Shown: one piece after another, positions 36,228 to 45,317 of the stretch
Layout of the letters: each line of letters opens with the position of its first letter
Position numbering within the stretch: position 1 is the stretch's first letter
Source: Thermodesulfobacteriota bacterium
Lineage (GTDB): Bacteria; Desulfobacterota; GWC2-55-46
Length of the DNA: 64,000 nt
Reading direction: 5' to 3'
NCBI GenBank assembly: GCA_046757705.1
Contig: JBHHYT010000001.1
Coordinates: 237 to 64,236, forward strand
Program-made: the position numbers and the translations under genes
The notes under the pieces: model-generated
Databases searched by the model: none
The model's input: the letters and a program-made list of their open reading frames with translations, nothing else
What the model was told of the DNA's origin: nothing

Positions 36228-37928
36228 TCAGTCGGCCATGGTGACCCTGAGGACCTCTTCGATGGTGGTAACGCCTTCGGCGACCTTTGTGATGCCGCTC
36301 ATCCTCAAGGACTTCATGCCGTCCTTGATGGCCTGCCTCTTTAGCTCGGCGGTGGAAGCGCCGTTGAGGACGAGGTCCTTGATGGACTCGGTAAACGGCA
36401 TCACCTCGTAGAGCGCGATCCTGCCCTTGTAGCCGGTGCCCCCGCAGGTGGCGCACCCCTTGCCCTTGTAGCACTCTATCTTGTGGGCCTCCTCGGGAGG
36501 GACCCCGAGGTCGACGAAGACGCTCTCGTTGATGGGGAGCTTCTCCGAGCATTCCTTGCAAATCTTGCGGGCGAGCCTCTGGGCAAGGATGAGGTTGCAG
36601 GCCGAGGAGACGAGAAAGGGCTCGATGCCCATGTTCAGAAGCCTGTTGACGGTCGAAGGGGCGTCGTTGGTGTGCAGTGTCGAAAGGACGAGATGCCCGG
36701 TGAGCGCCGCCTTGATGGCTATCTCGGCGGTCTCGTAGTCCCTTATCTCACCGACCATGATGATATCGGGGTCCTGACGCAGGAAGCTCCTCAGAGAGGC
36801 GGCGAAGTTGAGCCCTATGTCCTCGTGCATCTGGACCTGATTGATGCCCATCAGGTTGAACTCCACAGGGTCTTCGGCCGTGGAGATGTTCTCGCTTGTC
36901 TTGTTGAGCTCCGAGAGCGCGGAGTAGAGCGTCGTGGTCTTGCCGGACCCCGTGGGCCCCGTTACCAGCACGATACCCCAGGGCTTGTGGATGGCGTCCA
37001 TCAAGTGGTTGAGCGCCGTCTCCTCGAAGCCGAGCTTGGTCATGTCGAGCTGCAGGTTGCTCTTGTCGAGGAGCCTCAGGACGACCTTCTCGCCGAAGAG
37101 CGTCGGCAGGACCGATACCCTGTAGTCCATCTCCTTTTTACGGGAGAGTTTCAGCTTGATACGGCCATCCTGCGGGAGCCTGCGCTCGGCTATGTCGAGC
37201 TGGCTCATGATCTTTATCCTCGACACTATCGCGTTCTTGAGCTTCAGAGGGGGCTTCATCACCTCCATCAGAACGCCGTCTATCCTGTACCTGACGCGGA
37301 AGCTCTTCTCGTATGGCTCTATGTGGATGTCGCTTGCGCCCTTCTTTATGGCGTCGGTGAGTATCAGGTTGACGAGCTTTACGACCGGGGCGTCCTCGAC
37401 GGCCTTTTTCAGGTCCGACAGGTCGACCTCGTCCTCTTCCTTGACTATCTCCATCTCGTCGTCGTCGAACTCAGTAAGCACCCCTTCGAGACCCATCATC
37501 TCCGAGGTGTCGTAGAGAGTATCGATGGCGGTCTTGATGGCGGCGTCCGAGGCCACCAGCGGCTCGACGTTGTAGCCGGTGAGGAACTTTATGTCGTCGA
37601 TGGCGAATATGTTGGAAGGGTCCGCCATGGCGACCACCAGCGTTGAGCCGGTGCGGCTTACGGGTATTACCTGATACTTCTGGGCTACGTCCTCCGGGAT
37701 GAGCTGTATGACCTCATGGTCTATGTCCTGTGTAGCTAGGTCGATGGTGGGTATCCCGTACTGCCTGCTGAGGAATGCCGTAAGGTCCTTCTCGCTTATG
37801 TAGCCGAGCTTGGTCAGGTTGTACCCGAGCCTTCCGCCGCTCTTCTTCTGCTCGTCGATAGCGGTCTTGAGCTGCTCCGGGGAGATAAGTTTTTCTCTGA
37901 GTAGAAGCTCGCCTATTCTGTCTGTCAT
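36228..37928 (-). CDS. pilB: Type IV pilus assembly ATPase PilB (GspE family)
   Basis: N-terminal MTDRIGELLLREKLISPEQLKTAIDEQKKSGGRLG... (GspE N1 domain). Walker A GPTGSGKTTT. CxxC-x-CxxC tetracysteine (CKECSEK...CATCGGTG). Confidence 0.9.
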   Translation of the reverse strand: MTDRIGELLLREKLISPEQLKTAIDEQKKSGGRLGYNLTKLGYISEKDLTAFLSRQYGIPTIDLATQDIDHEVIQLIPEDVAQKYQVIPVSRTGSTLVVAMADPSNIFAIDDIKFLTGYNVEPLVASDAAIKTAIDTLYDTSEMMGLEGVLTEFDDDEMEIVKEEDEVDLSDLKKAVEDAPVVKLVNLILTDAIKKGASDIHIEPYEKSFRVRYRIDGVLMEVMKPPLKLKNAIVSRIKIMSQLDIAERRLPQDGRIKLKLSRKKEMDYRVSVLPTLFGEKVVLRLLDKSNLQLDMTKLGFEETALNHLMDAIHKPWGIVLVTGPTGSGKTTTLYSALSELNKTSENISTAEDPVEFNLMGINQVQMHEDIGLNFAASLRSFLRQDPDIIMVGEIRDYETAEIAIKAALTGHLVLSTLHTNDAPSTVNRLLNMGIEPFLVSSACNLILAQRLARKICKECSEKLPINESVFVDLGVPPEEAHKIECYKGKGCATCGGTGYKGRIALYEVMPFTESIKDLVLNGASTAELKRQAIKDGMKSLRMSGITKVAEGVTTIEEVLRVTMAD

Positions 37929-37970
37929 AGTCCCTGCGGTCGATTGAGGTGACAAAAGTTGTCAAAGTCC

Positions 37971-37999
37971 ATCTTATAAAAATAAGATTTACGTGTCAA
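37971..37999 (-). promoter_or_regulatory. Candidate sigma-70 promoter for the pilB-T-C-S-R operon
   Basis: Minus strand TTGACA-N17-TAAGAT. The spacer contains palindrome CTTATAAAAATAAG. About 45 nt upstream of the pilB ATG. Confidence 0.4.
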
Positions 38000-38095
38000 G
38001 GCAATTAGCCCCCCGCCGGGGCTGCATAAGGCGTCCGTAAGTACGCAAAAAACCTTATTTTATAGACACCTTACAGCTCAAGCGCGGCGCGCCCG

Positions 38096-38554
38096 TCAGG
38101 TGTACTTGCGCGCGGTATGCACTATCTCCTCGGCGAAGAAGGGCTTTCTTATGTACTCGTCTATCATGCCCTCCTTCACACCCTGATAGATGGCCTTGTC
38201 CGCGTCCTTGAAGTACCCGGTGAAGAGCACCACGCGCGAGCCGGGGCAGAGGTGCTTGATCTTTCTGAACGTCTCCAGGCCGTTCATGACCGGCATTATC
38301 ATGTCCATGAAGATAAGCGAGTACCCGGTGTCCTCGACCGCCTTGAGGGCCTCCCTCCCGCTCGTGACGTAGATGGCCTCGTACCCGGCGTCCCTGAGTA
38401 TCTCCGAGATGCCAATACCCACGGTCACCTCGTCGTCCACGACGAGGATCCTTCTCGAACCGCCTTTTCCGTCTTTTGGTTTTTTTTCTTCGGCCTTCAA
38501 TCCGTCCCCCTTTCTTATCGGCGCTTGCGAGCAGGACTTAAGTCTCCGCCACAT
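38096..38554 (-). CDS. Single-domain response regulator (CheY-like receiver) with K-rich N-terminal tail
   Basis: 152 aa. RRILVVDDEV...FMDMIMPVMNG...VLFTGY...IRKPF receiver motifs. Downstream of, and 17 nt overlapping, the histidine kinase. Confidence 0.7.
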   Translation of the reverse strand: MWRRLKSCSQAPIRKGDGLKAEEKKPKDGKGGSRRILVVDDEVTVGIGISEILRDAGYEAIYVTSGREALKAVEDTGYSLIFMDMIMPVMNGLETFRKIKHLCPGSRVVLFTGYFKDADKAIYQGVKEGMIDEYIRKPFFAEEIVHTARKYT

Positions 38555-40547
38555 GATTTTCCGCCGGCGAACGGGCGTTTACGGAGGCGCCCTTTTCCGC
38601 CGTGTCCGGGCTGTTCAGGGGGACGAATATCCTGAACGTCGCCCCCCCTTGCGGGCTGTTTTGAACCTCTATCCTGCCGTTGTGCTCCTTTATTATCGAC
38701 TGCGATATGGAGAGCCCGAGCCCTATGTTGTGCCCTCCCCCCTTCTCCTTGGTGGAAAAAAACGGGTCGAATATCTTCTCCATCACATCATCGGGTATTC
38801 CGGGGCCGGTGTCAGTGATCTCAGCTACGGCGTAGTCACCGGACCCCTCGCGGGAGACCCAGGTGGATATGTAGATCGTCCCTCTCCCGTCCATGGCGTC
38901 CCTCGCGTTCTTTATGATGTTGAGGAACACCTCCATTATCTGCCCCTTGCTGCCGAAGACCTTCGGGAGCTGGAGGTCGAAGTCCTCCTCTATCTTTATG
39001 GAGCAGGTCTTTATCTCCGAGATGAATATGCACAGGGTGGCGCGAAGCGCCTCGTTCAGGAACATCGGCTCGAAACCATGCCTCGAGGGGCGCGAGTAGG
39101 TGAGCATGTCGAGTATGATGTACTTCGAGCGCGTTGCGGCGTCCTTCATCTTCTCGAGGAGCCTGTGGTTCGGGTCGTCCGGCGGGGTCCTGTTCAGCAG
39201 CACCTCGGTTATGCTCAGTATACCGGCCAGGGGGCTGTTGAGCTCATGGGCTATGCCCGCGCCCATCTCGCCCAGGGATATCAGCTTTGCCGACTGGACG
39301 AACCTCTGCTCCGAGTCCTGCAACTTTACGTACGCCTGCTCGAGGGCCGTAAGCGAGCTGTTCAACTCGGCCGTCCTCTGGCGGACCGTCTCCTCGAGCT
39401 CCTCGACGTGCTTGCTTATTATCTCCTGAAAGCCCTTCCTCTCTGACAGGTCCCTCCATATCTCCTGCATGAACCTGCGCCCCTCTATCTCCATGACCGA
39501 GGCGGCGATCTCTATGGGGACGACGCTTCCGTCCTTCCTTACGACCTCGGCCTCGTGGATGTACCCCCTGCCGTCGCGGGCGAGCCTCCTGAACGCGTCC
39601 CTGTACTCCTCTACCCGCTCACGCGGGTACAACTGAGTCGTCTTCATCGCCTTGAGCTCCGTGGACGTATAGCCCGTGAGCTTCTCGGCCGCCGGATTGA
39701 CATCGGTGAACGTGTCGGTCTCGAGGTCTTTGATCAGTATCGCGTCCGCCGCCATCTGCATAAGCTTCGAGTGCTTCTCGTCGAGCGCCTCGAGCCTGGA
39801 TGTCGCAGTCGAAAGCGAGGCGGCCATATCGTCGAACGCGCTACCCGTCTCCTCGAACTCGTCACCCGTGTTTATGCCGAGCCGGTAGTCGAGGTCACCG
39901 GAGGCGAGCGCCTCCGCGCCCTTTTTGAGCTCGTCTATGGGCACGAGCAGCCTGTCGTGGACGACGTACAGGATGCACAGGCTGGTCAGTACGAGGATGC
40001 CGCCGCCCCAGTAGATGAAGTTCCACGAGTGGTCGGTGATAATCGCCTCGTACTTCTCAAGCGATATCTCTACGGATATGGCGCCTATTATCTCCCCGGC
40101 GTGCGTGTGGTGGCACCTCACGCACCCCTTGCGAGCGATTATTGGCTTTACGAAACGGGCCACGCTGAAGCCGCCGTCTCTCGATATCATGCTTACCAGC
40201 CTGCCTTCGAGCGCCGCCCGGTCGTACTCGTCCACGGGCAGCTCATCCTCCTCCATGCCGTGCTGCCAGTCGATGACCACGCCGTGCATGACACGCACCT
40301 CCTTGACGCCCTCTATCAGCTTGAACCTCTCTATTATGGCCCTGTTCTCGGCCCTTCCCCCTCCGGCGCTCATAGAATGGAGCAGCTCTTCAAAGAGCCC
40401 GTTGCTCAAACGTTCGCTCTCGCTCAGGCCGATGTCGGTAAGGAGCTTCATGTTGGAGTGTAGGTCGTTGAAGACGAGCAGGCCTATGCCGACGGCAAGG
40501 ATTGCGCCGATGTAGATAGTGAACCTCTGGGATAGCCTGAGCCTCAT
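38538..40547 (-). CDS. Sensor histidine kinase with periplasmic CxxCH (haem c) motif, PAS domain, HisKA, HATPase
   Basis: 669 aa. TM1, periplasmic domain containing ARKGCVRCHHTHAGE, TM2. PAS. H-box GIAHELNSPL. N/G boxes (IKNARDAM, DTGPGI, GLGLSIS). Confidence 0.8.
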   Translation of the reverse strand: MRLRLSQRFTIYIGAILAVGIGLLVFNDLHSNMKLLTDIGLSESERLSNGLFEELLHSMSAGGGRAENRAIIERFKLIEGVKEVRVMHGVVIDWQHGMEEDELPVDEYDRAALEGRLVSMISRDGGFSVARFVKPIIARKGCVRCHHTHAGEIIGAISVEISLEKYEAIITDHSWNFIYWGGGILVLTSLCILYVVHDRLLVPIDELKKGAEALASGDLDYRLGINTGDEFEETGSAFDDMAASLSTATSRLEALDEKHSKLMQMAADAILIKDLETDTFTDVNPAAEKLTGYTSTELKAMKTTQLYPRERVEEYRDAFRRLARDGRGYIHEAEVVRKDGSVVPIEIAASVMEIEGRRFMQEIWRDLSERKGFQEIISKHVEELEETVRQRTAELNSSLTALEQAYVKLQDSEQRFVQSAKLISLGEMGAGIAHELNSPLAGILSITEVLLNRTPPDDPNHRLLEKMKDAATRSKYIILDMLTYSRPSRHGFEPMFLNEALRATLCIFISEIKTCSIKIEEDFDLQLPKVFGSKGQIMEVFLNIIKNARDAMDGRGTIYISTWVSREGSGDYAVAEITDTGPGIPDDVMEKIFDPFFSTKEKGGGHNIGLGLSISQSIIKEHNGRIEVQNSPQGGATFRIFVPLNSPDTAEKGASVNARSPAENHVAET

Positions 40548-40685
40548 ACAGCGCCTTGAGGAAAAACGGGCGTCGAGGCTGATGAGTTTTCTAAGGTGGG
40601 CCCTGTGGTTTAAGGTTTCTTTAAACGGGGTGTAATACGGGATGTGGTGCGCGCGAACCTGAAGTGGAGTACGTTTTCAATATAT

Positions 40686-40714
40686 ATATTAATATCTACA
40701 AGGGTTTTTGTCAA
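40686..40714 (-). promoter_or_regulatory. Candidate sigma-70 promoter for the kinase/regulator pair
   Basis: Minus strand TTGACA-N17-TAATAT within an AT-rich (ATATATAT) stretch. Overlaps the pgsA stop. Confidence 0.3.
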
Positions 40715-41289
40715 TCTCCGGAGAGCGAATACTTCCTGAAAAAGTTGATGAAGTAGTCTACTCCGGACCAGATGGTGAGCACGAAGGCTATGACGAGCAG
40801 GACCATGCCCACGGTGTGGAAGTCTATGCCCCAGAAGGTGTAGTGGAGGATGAGCGGCACGAGGGCGGCTATCTGGGAGACGGTCTTCAGCTTTCCGAGC
40901 CTGCTCGCGGAGATGACGACACCGGCGTCGGTGGCAATGGCGCGCAGCCCCGTTACCGCTATCTCGCGGCTTATCATCAGAGCGATCACCCACGCCGGGG
41001 CGCGCCCCAGGGAAATGAGCATGATAAAGGCGGTGGTTATGAGTATCTTGTCGGCCAGGGGGTCGAGGAACTTGCCCAGAGAGGTGACGTCTCCGCTCTT
41101 GCGCGCGATGTAGCCGTCGAGCCAGTCGGTGACGCACACGGCGGCGAAGAGTATGGTCGAGGTGACGGCGAGACCCCTGCCGGGATACAGCAACAGGACC
41201 ACGAGCACCGGCGCCGCGCATATCCTGATTATGGTCAGGCTGTTTGGGAGGTTCAGATGCCTTGCAGATGAACCCGGTTGCATAACCAT
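40711..41289 (-). CDS. pgsA: CDP-diacylglycerol--glycerol-3-phosphate 3-phosphatidyltransferase
   Basis: 192 aa. NLPNSLTIIRI, DWLDGYIARK, GKFLDPLADK CDP-alcohol phosphatidyltransferase motifs. Confidence 0.8.
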   Translation of the reverse strand: MVMQPGSSARHLNLPNSLTIIRICAAPVLVVLLLYPGRGLAVTSTILFAAVCVTDWLDGYIARKSGDVTSLGKFLDPLADKILITTAFIMLISLGRAPAWVIALMISREIAVTGLRAIATDAGVVISASRLGKLKTVSQIAALVPLILHYTFWGIDFHTVGMVLLVIAFVLTIWSGVDYFINFFRKYSLSGD

Positions 41290-41348
41290 ACCGAAAGACC
41301 TTCTCTCAATGCTTCGTTTATGGGCTTAATGCGCCTGCGGGGGTATTC

Positions 41349-41942
41349 CTATCTGCCGACCCTGCTGCCCCTGTAATACTCCATGACCTTGCTCACGAAC
41401 GCCCGCGTCTCCTCGTAAGGAGGCACCCCGCCGTACCTCTCCACCGCCCCTTCTCCGGCGTTGTATGCGGCAAGCGCCAGGGGCACCTTCCAGTCGAACC
41501 TCTCGAGGAGACGGCTCAGGTACCTTATGCCGCCTTCGATGTTATCCTCGGGGTCGTGTATGTCCTTTACGCCCATGCGCCGGGCCGTCTCGGGCATAAG
41601 CTGCATGAGCCCACGCGCGCCCACGGCAGAGACCGCCCCGGCGTCGTAGTCCGACTCGGCCTTTACGACCGCCCTGACGAGGGCGGGGTCTATGCCGTAC
41701 CTCGCGGCCGAGATGTATATCATCGCGTCAAGCTTCTTTTTCGCTACGCGGCGGGGCGGGGCCGGGGCCGCCTGAAACCCCTTCTCCTCCAACACCCGGC
41801 TGTAACCCGGCCTCCTGACGTTGGTTATGTGGACAACGCCGAACTCATCGGTATACTTGTAAAAGTCCGCGGATGCGGTCAAGGAGGCCAGCAAGATGAT
41901 TATAACGGAGAAAACAGGAATGTAAATTTTTTTCATGGCCAT
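41349..41942 (-). CDS. Lytic transglycosylase (SLT domain), secreted
   Basis: Signal peptide MAMKKIYIPVFSVIIILLASLTASA. SLT motifs ESDYDAGAVSAVGARGLMQLMP and AYNAGEGAV. Start ATG 41942 with GAGG Shine-Dalgarno. Confidence 0.75.
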   Translation of the reverse strand: MAMKKIYIPVFSVIIILLASLTASADFYKYTDEFGVVHITNVRRPGYSRVLEEKGFQAAPAPPRRVAKKKLDAMIYISAARYGIDPALVRAVVKAESDYDAGAVSAVGARGLMQLMPETARRMGVKDIHDPEDNIEGGIRYLSRLLERFDWKVPLALAAYNAGEGAVERYGGVPPYEETRAFVSKVMEYYRGSRVGR

Positions 41943-42367
41943 CGCACAGCCTCTTTCCGCGGCGCGTCGTGACGGTTTGAGGACATTTCGACACCGACAG
42001 TCTACAATGGCGCACCCAAAAGGGCAAGCCCTTTTTACCCCTCCGGGTATCGGGCCCCGGTTTTCGGCGCCGGTAAACGGCCGCCCGAGACCCCTTTCCA
42101 TCTATCGTTCGGAGAGGTTGCTTCGTCGCCTTCGGCCCCTCGCAATGACACCCCATCACCTTGATGGGTGAGGGTTGGAGTGGGGTCGAAGTCAGCCTCT
42201 CACCCTCCCCTCAATCCCCTCCCATCGAGGGAGGCGAAGTTTTGCAACAGGGGCCCTCCATCCCCCTGTTACAAAGGGGGATGGAGGGGGGTCTGCAGTC
42301 GTCGTTCTGATGGGGCAAAACGACCGAAGGACACCCCGGCCGCAAGACATTGAAAAAAAATAAAAAT

Positions 42368-42397
42368 TTGACAAAAAACAACACTTGTCTTAATCTT
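42368..42397 (+). promoter_or_regulatory. Candidate sigma-70 promoter for nadB
   Basis: TTGACA-N18-TAATCT about 115 nt upstream of the nadB start. Confidence 0.3.
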
Positions 42398-42510
42398 TAC
42401 CTTCACCCGGCGGAAAAAAGCAGGCCCCCGTAAGGGCCGCGATAGCCCCCTGCCGTATATATCGTCGGCGGGCTTTGAAAGCTTTACCCGGGCCCCCTCA
42501 AGGAGAGCCA

Positions 42511-44124
42511 TTGGAGATAAGGTCTGATTACCTCGTTATCGGAAGCGGCATCGCGGGCCTGAGCTTCGCGCTCAAGGCCGCCGCCAAGGGCACCGTGACC
42601 GTGCTTACGAAGAGGAACATCCGGGAGAGCGCCACATTCTACGCCCAGGGAGGCATCGCGTCGGTGTCGAGCAAGGAGGACACCTTCGAGGCGCACATAA
42701 AGGACACGCTCTACGCCGGGGCCGGGCTGTGCGACAGGCGGATCGTCGAGATGGTCGTAAGGGACGCGCCTGAACGGGTGGAGGAGCTCATAAGGCTCGG
42801 GGTCGAGTTCTCCAGACGCTGCGCGGGCTCGGAGGCCGAGCTCGACCTCGGCAGGGAGGGCGGGCACTCCAAGCGCAGGATAGTCCACGCCGAGGACCTC
42901 ACGGGCAGGGCCGTTGAAGAGGCGCTCGTCTGCGCCGTTGCATCCAACCCCAATATCACCGTATTCGAGAACCATATCGCCATAGACCTCCTTGCGCACT
43001 CCAAGTTCGTCGGCCCCCCTGCCCATGGCAAGGAGGCCATATGGGGCGCATACGCGCTCGATAAGGCCACCGGGGAGGTGAAGTCCTGCCTTGCGCGGGC
43101 AACCGTGCTGGCCACGGGCGGCGCGGGCAAGGTATATCTGTTCACCAGCAACCCGGACGTCGCCACCGGCGACGGCACGGCCATGGCTTACCGCGCCGGC
43201 GCCGAGGTGGCGGACATGGAGTTCATCCAGTTCCACCCCACCTGCCTGTACCACTCCAAGGCGAAGAGCTTCCTCATCTCCGAGGCGTTGAGGGGCGAAG
43301 GCGGCAGGCTCATCCTCAGGGACAACACGCAGTTCATGAAGAGACACCACCCGATGGCGGACCTCGCGCCCAGGGACATCGTGGCGCGCGCCATAGACTT
43401 CGAGCTCAAGAAAAGCGGGGACGAGTGTGTCTACCTCGACATCAGCCACAGGCCCGCCGCCTTCATAAAGGGGCGTTTCCCGAACATCTACCGCAAGTGC
43501 CTCGAGTTCGGCATCGACATAACCGCCGGGCCCATACCGGTCGTCCCGGCGGCGCACTATACGTGCGGAGGTATACGCACCGACGACAGCGGCAAAACGG
43601 GCCTCGACAGGCTCTACGCAATAGGCGAGACCGCGTGCACCGGGCTTCACGGCGCCAACCGGCTTGCCTCCAACTCCCTGCTCGAATCGCTCGTCTTCGC
43701 CGACAGGGCCGCCCGGCAGGCCCGGCGGGTGGTGGACGGGAAGGAGACCGTGCCACAGATACCGCCGTGGGAGCCGGGCGGGGCCGTAGTGAGCGACGAG
43801 GCGGTCGTCATAACCCAGAACTGGGACGAGATACGCCGTTTCATGTGGAACTACGTGGGCATCGTCAGGTCGGACAAGAGGCTCGAGAGGGCGAAAAGGA
43901 GGATAAACCTCCTCAAGGAAGAGATAAACCAGTACTACTGGGACTTCACCATAACGAACAACCTCGTGGAGCTGAGGAACATCGCCACCGTGGCGGAGCT
44001 TATCATAGACTCCGCGGCCCTGAGGAAGGAGTCGCGCGGCCTGCACTATAACATCGACTACCCGGAGAAGAACGACAGGGATTTTCTCAAGGACACGGTC
44101 CTGAAGCTCACCGCGCCTGCCTGA
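42511..44124 (+). CDS. nadB: L-aspartate oxidase
   Basis: DYLVIGSGIAGLS FAD motif. RESATFYAQGGIA, HPTCLYH, RGEGG. Start placed at TTG 42511 (MEIRSDYLVIGSG) with AAGGAGA Shine-Dalgarno; track ORF starts at 42475. Confidence 0.85.
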   Translation: MEIRSDYLVIGSGIAGLSFALKAAAKGTVTVLTKRNIRESATFYAQGGIASVSSKEDTFEAHIKDTLYAGAGLCDRRIVEMVVRDAPERVEELIRLGVEFSRRCAGSEAELDLGREGGHSKRRIVHAEDLTGRAVEEALVCAVASNPNITVFENHIAIDLLAHSKFVGPPAHGKEAIWGAYALDKATGEVKSCLARATVLATGGAGKVYLFTSNPDVATGDGTAMAYRAGAEVADMEFIQFHPTCLYHSKAKSFLISEALRGEGGRLILRDNTQFMKRHHPMADLAPRDIVARAIDFELKKSGDECVYLDISHRPAAFIKGRFPNIYRKCLEFGIDITAGPIPVVPAAHYTCGGIRTDDSGKTGLDRLYAIGETACTGLHGANRLASNSLLESLVFADRAARQARRVVDGKETVPQIPPWEPGGAVVSDEAVVITQNWDEIRRFMWNYVGIVRSDKRLERAKRRINLLKEEINQYYWDFTITNNLVELRNIATVAELIIDSAALRKESRGLHYNIDYPEKNDRDFLKDTVLKLTAPA

Positions 44125-44179
44125 CCCCGGCAAGGCCCCTCAAAGAAAGGCAAACGCCGCCCCATTAAAAACGCCCCTC

Positions 44180-44216
44180 TCCATGGGAGAGGGGCGGCGT
44201 GCGTGCGTATCATCGA
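44180..44216 (-). terminator. Rho-independent terminator (palindromic, REP-like) after the hybrid kinase gene
   Basis: Perfect palindrome CGCCCCTCTCC-CATGG-GAGAGGGGCG followed on the minus strand by UUUUUAAUGG. Also lies 3' of nadB on the plus strand. Confidence 0.55.
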
Positions 44217-44236
44217 AGCATCGAAAGTGTACGCCA

Positions 44237-45304
44237 CTACCCCTCGCTTATCGGGTGGAGCCGGATGGTGACGGAGGTGCCCTTGCCTCTCTCGCTCTCC
44301 ACCTCTATCTCCCCTCCGTGGTCCTGCAATATCCTGTAGCTTATGGTCAGGCCGAGCCCGGCGCCCTCGAACTTGCCGGACTGGAAGGGGTTGAATATCT
44401 TCCTGAGGTCTTCCTGGTTGATGCCCACGCCGTTGTCCGAGACCCTTATGGCGATGGTCTGGTCTATGGACGGGAAGGTCTCCACCCTTATCTCGCCCTT
44501 TTTCTCGATGGCCTCGACGGAGTTCTGCAGGATATTGTATAAGGCCGTCTTCAGGTTCCCGTAGTCGAGGTTCACCGGCGGGGGGTCGGGCATCAGGTGG
44601 GTCTTTATGGAGATCTCCTTGCCCGATCCCTCCATGAACTCCTTTACCTCCTTTACCGCACCGTTGATGACCTTGTCGATATCCCCCCTCGTAAGGGTGG
44701 ACACGAGTATCATCTTGTACTCGTCGACCCTCTGCAGCATGCGTTCGAGCCTCTCGACCGATTTTATGATATACCGCTCGTACTCCCTGTTCTGCTCATT
44801 GGCCTCGCTCTCGAGCAGCCTTCTGGCCATGCCGCCTATGGTGGTGAGCGGGTTCCTTATCTCATGCGCTATGCCGTCTACCATCTCGCCGAGGGCGGCC
44901 ACCTTCTCGGTCTCGCGCAGCTTGTTCTGCAGGGCCCTCATGCGCAGCAGGGATTTTACGCGAGCGGCCACCTCCAGGAGGCTGTACGGCTTGTTTATGT
45001 AGTCCTCCGCACCGACCTCGAAGCCGAGCACCTTGTCCTCTATGTCCGCCCTGCCCGTGAGCATGATAACCGGTATGTAGCACGTCTCCTCGCGCGACTT
45101 GAGGTGGCGAAGCGCCTCGTAGCCGTCCATCTTGGGCATGGTTACGTCCATGATAATGAGGTCCGGATGAAAGGAACGGACCTCTTTGAGGGCCTCCACC
45201 CCGTTTGCGGCGTTGCCTACCTCGTAGCCTTCCTGCTCGAGCTTTGCCGTAAGGAGCGCCAGGTTGCGCTCATCGTCGTCAACGGCAAGTATCCGTGGTC
45301 TCAT
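44237..45304 (-). CDS. Hybrid receiver-histidine kinase (REC-HisKA-HATPase), cytoplasmic
   Basis: 355 aa. ILAVDDDE...IIMDVTMPKMDG receiver. H-box GIAHEIRNPL. DNGVGI, GAGLGLTIS. Confidence 0.75.
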   Translation of the reverse strand: MRPRILAVDDDERNLALLTAKLEQEGYEVGNAANGVEALKEVRSFHPDLIIMDVTMPKMDGYEALRHLKSREETCYIPVIMLTGRADIEDKVLGFEVGAEDYINKPYSLLEVAARVKSLLRMRALQNKLRETEKVAALGEMVDGIAHEIRNPLTTIGGMARRLLESEANEQNREYERYIIKSVERLERMLQRVDEYKMILVSTLTRGDIDKVINGAVKEVKEFMEGSGKEISIKTHLMPDPPPVNLDYGNLKTALYNILQNSVEAIEKKGEIRVETFPSIDQTIAIRVSDNGVGINQEDLRKIFNPFQSGKFEGAGLGLTISYRILQDHGGEIEVESERGKGTSVTIRLHPISEG

Positions 45305-45317
45305 CCTGTCCTTACCT

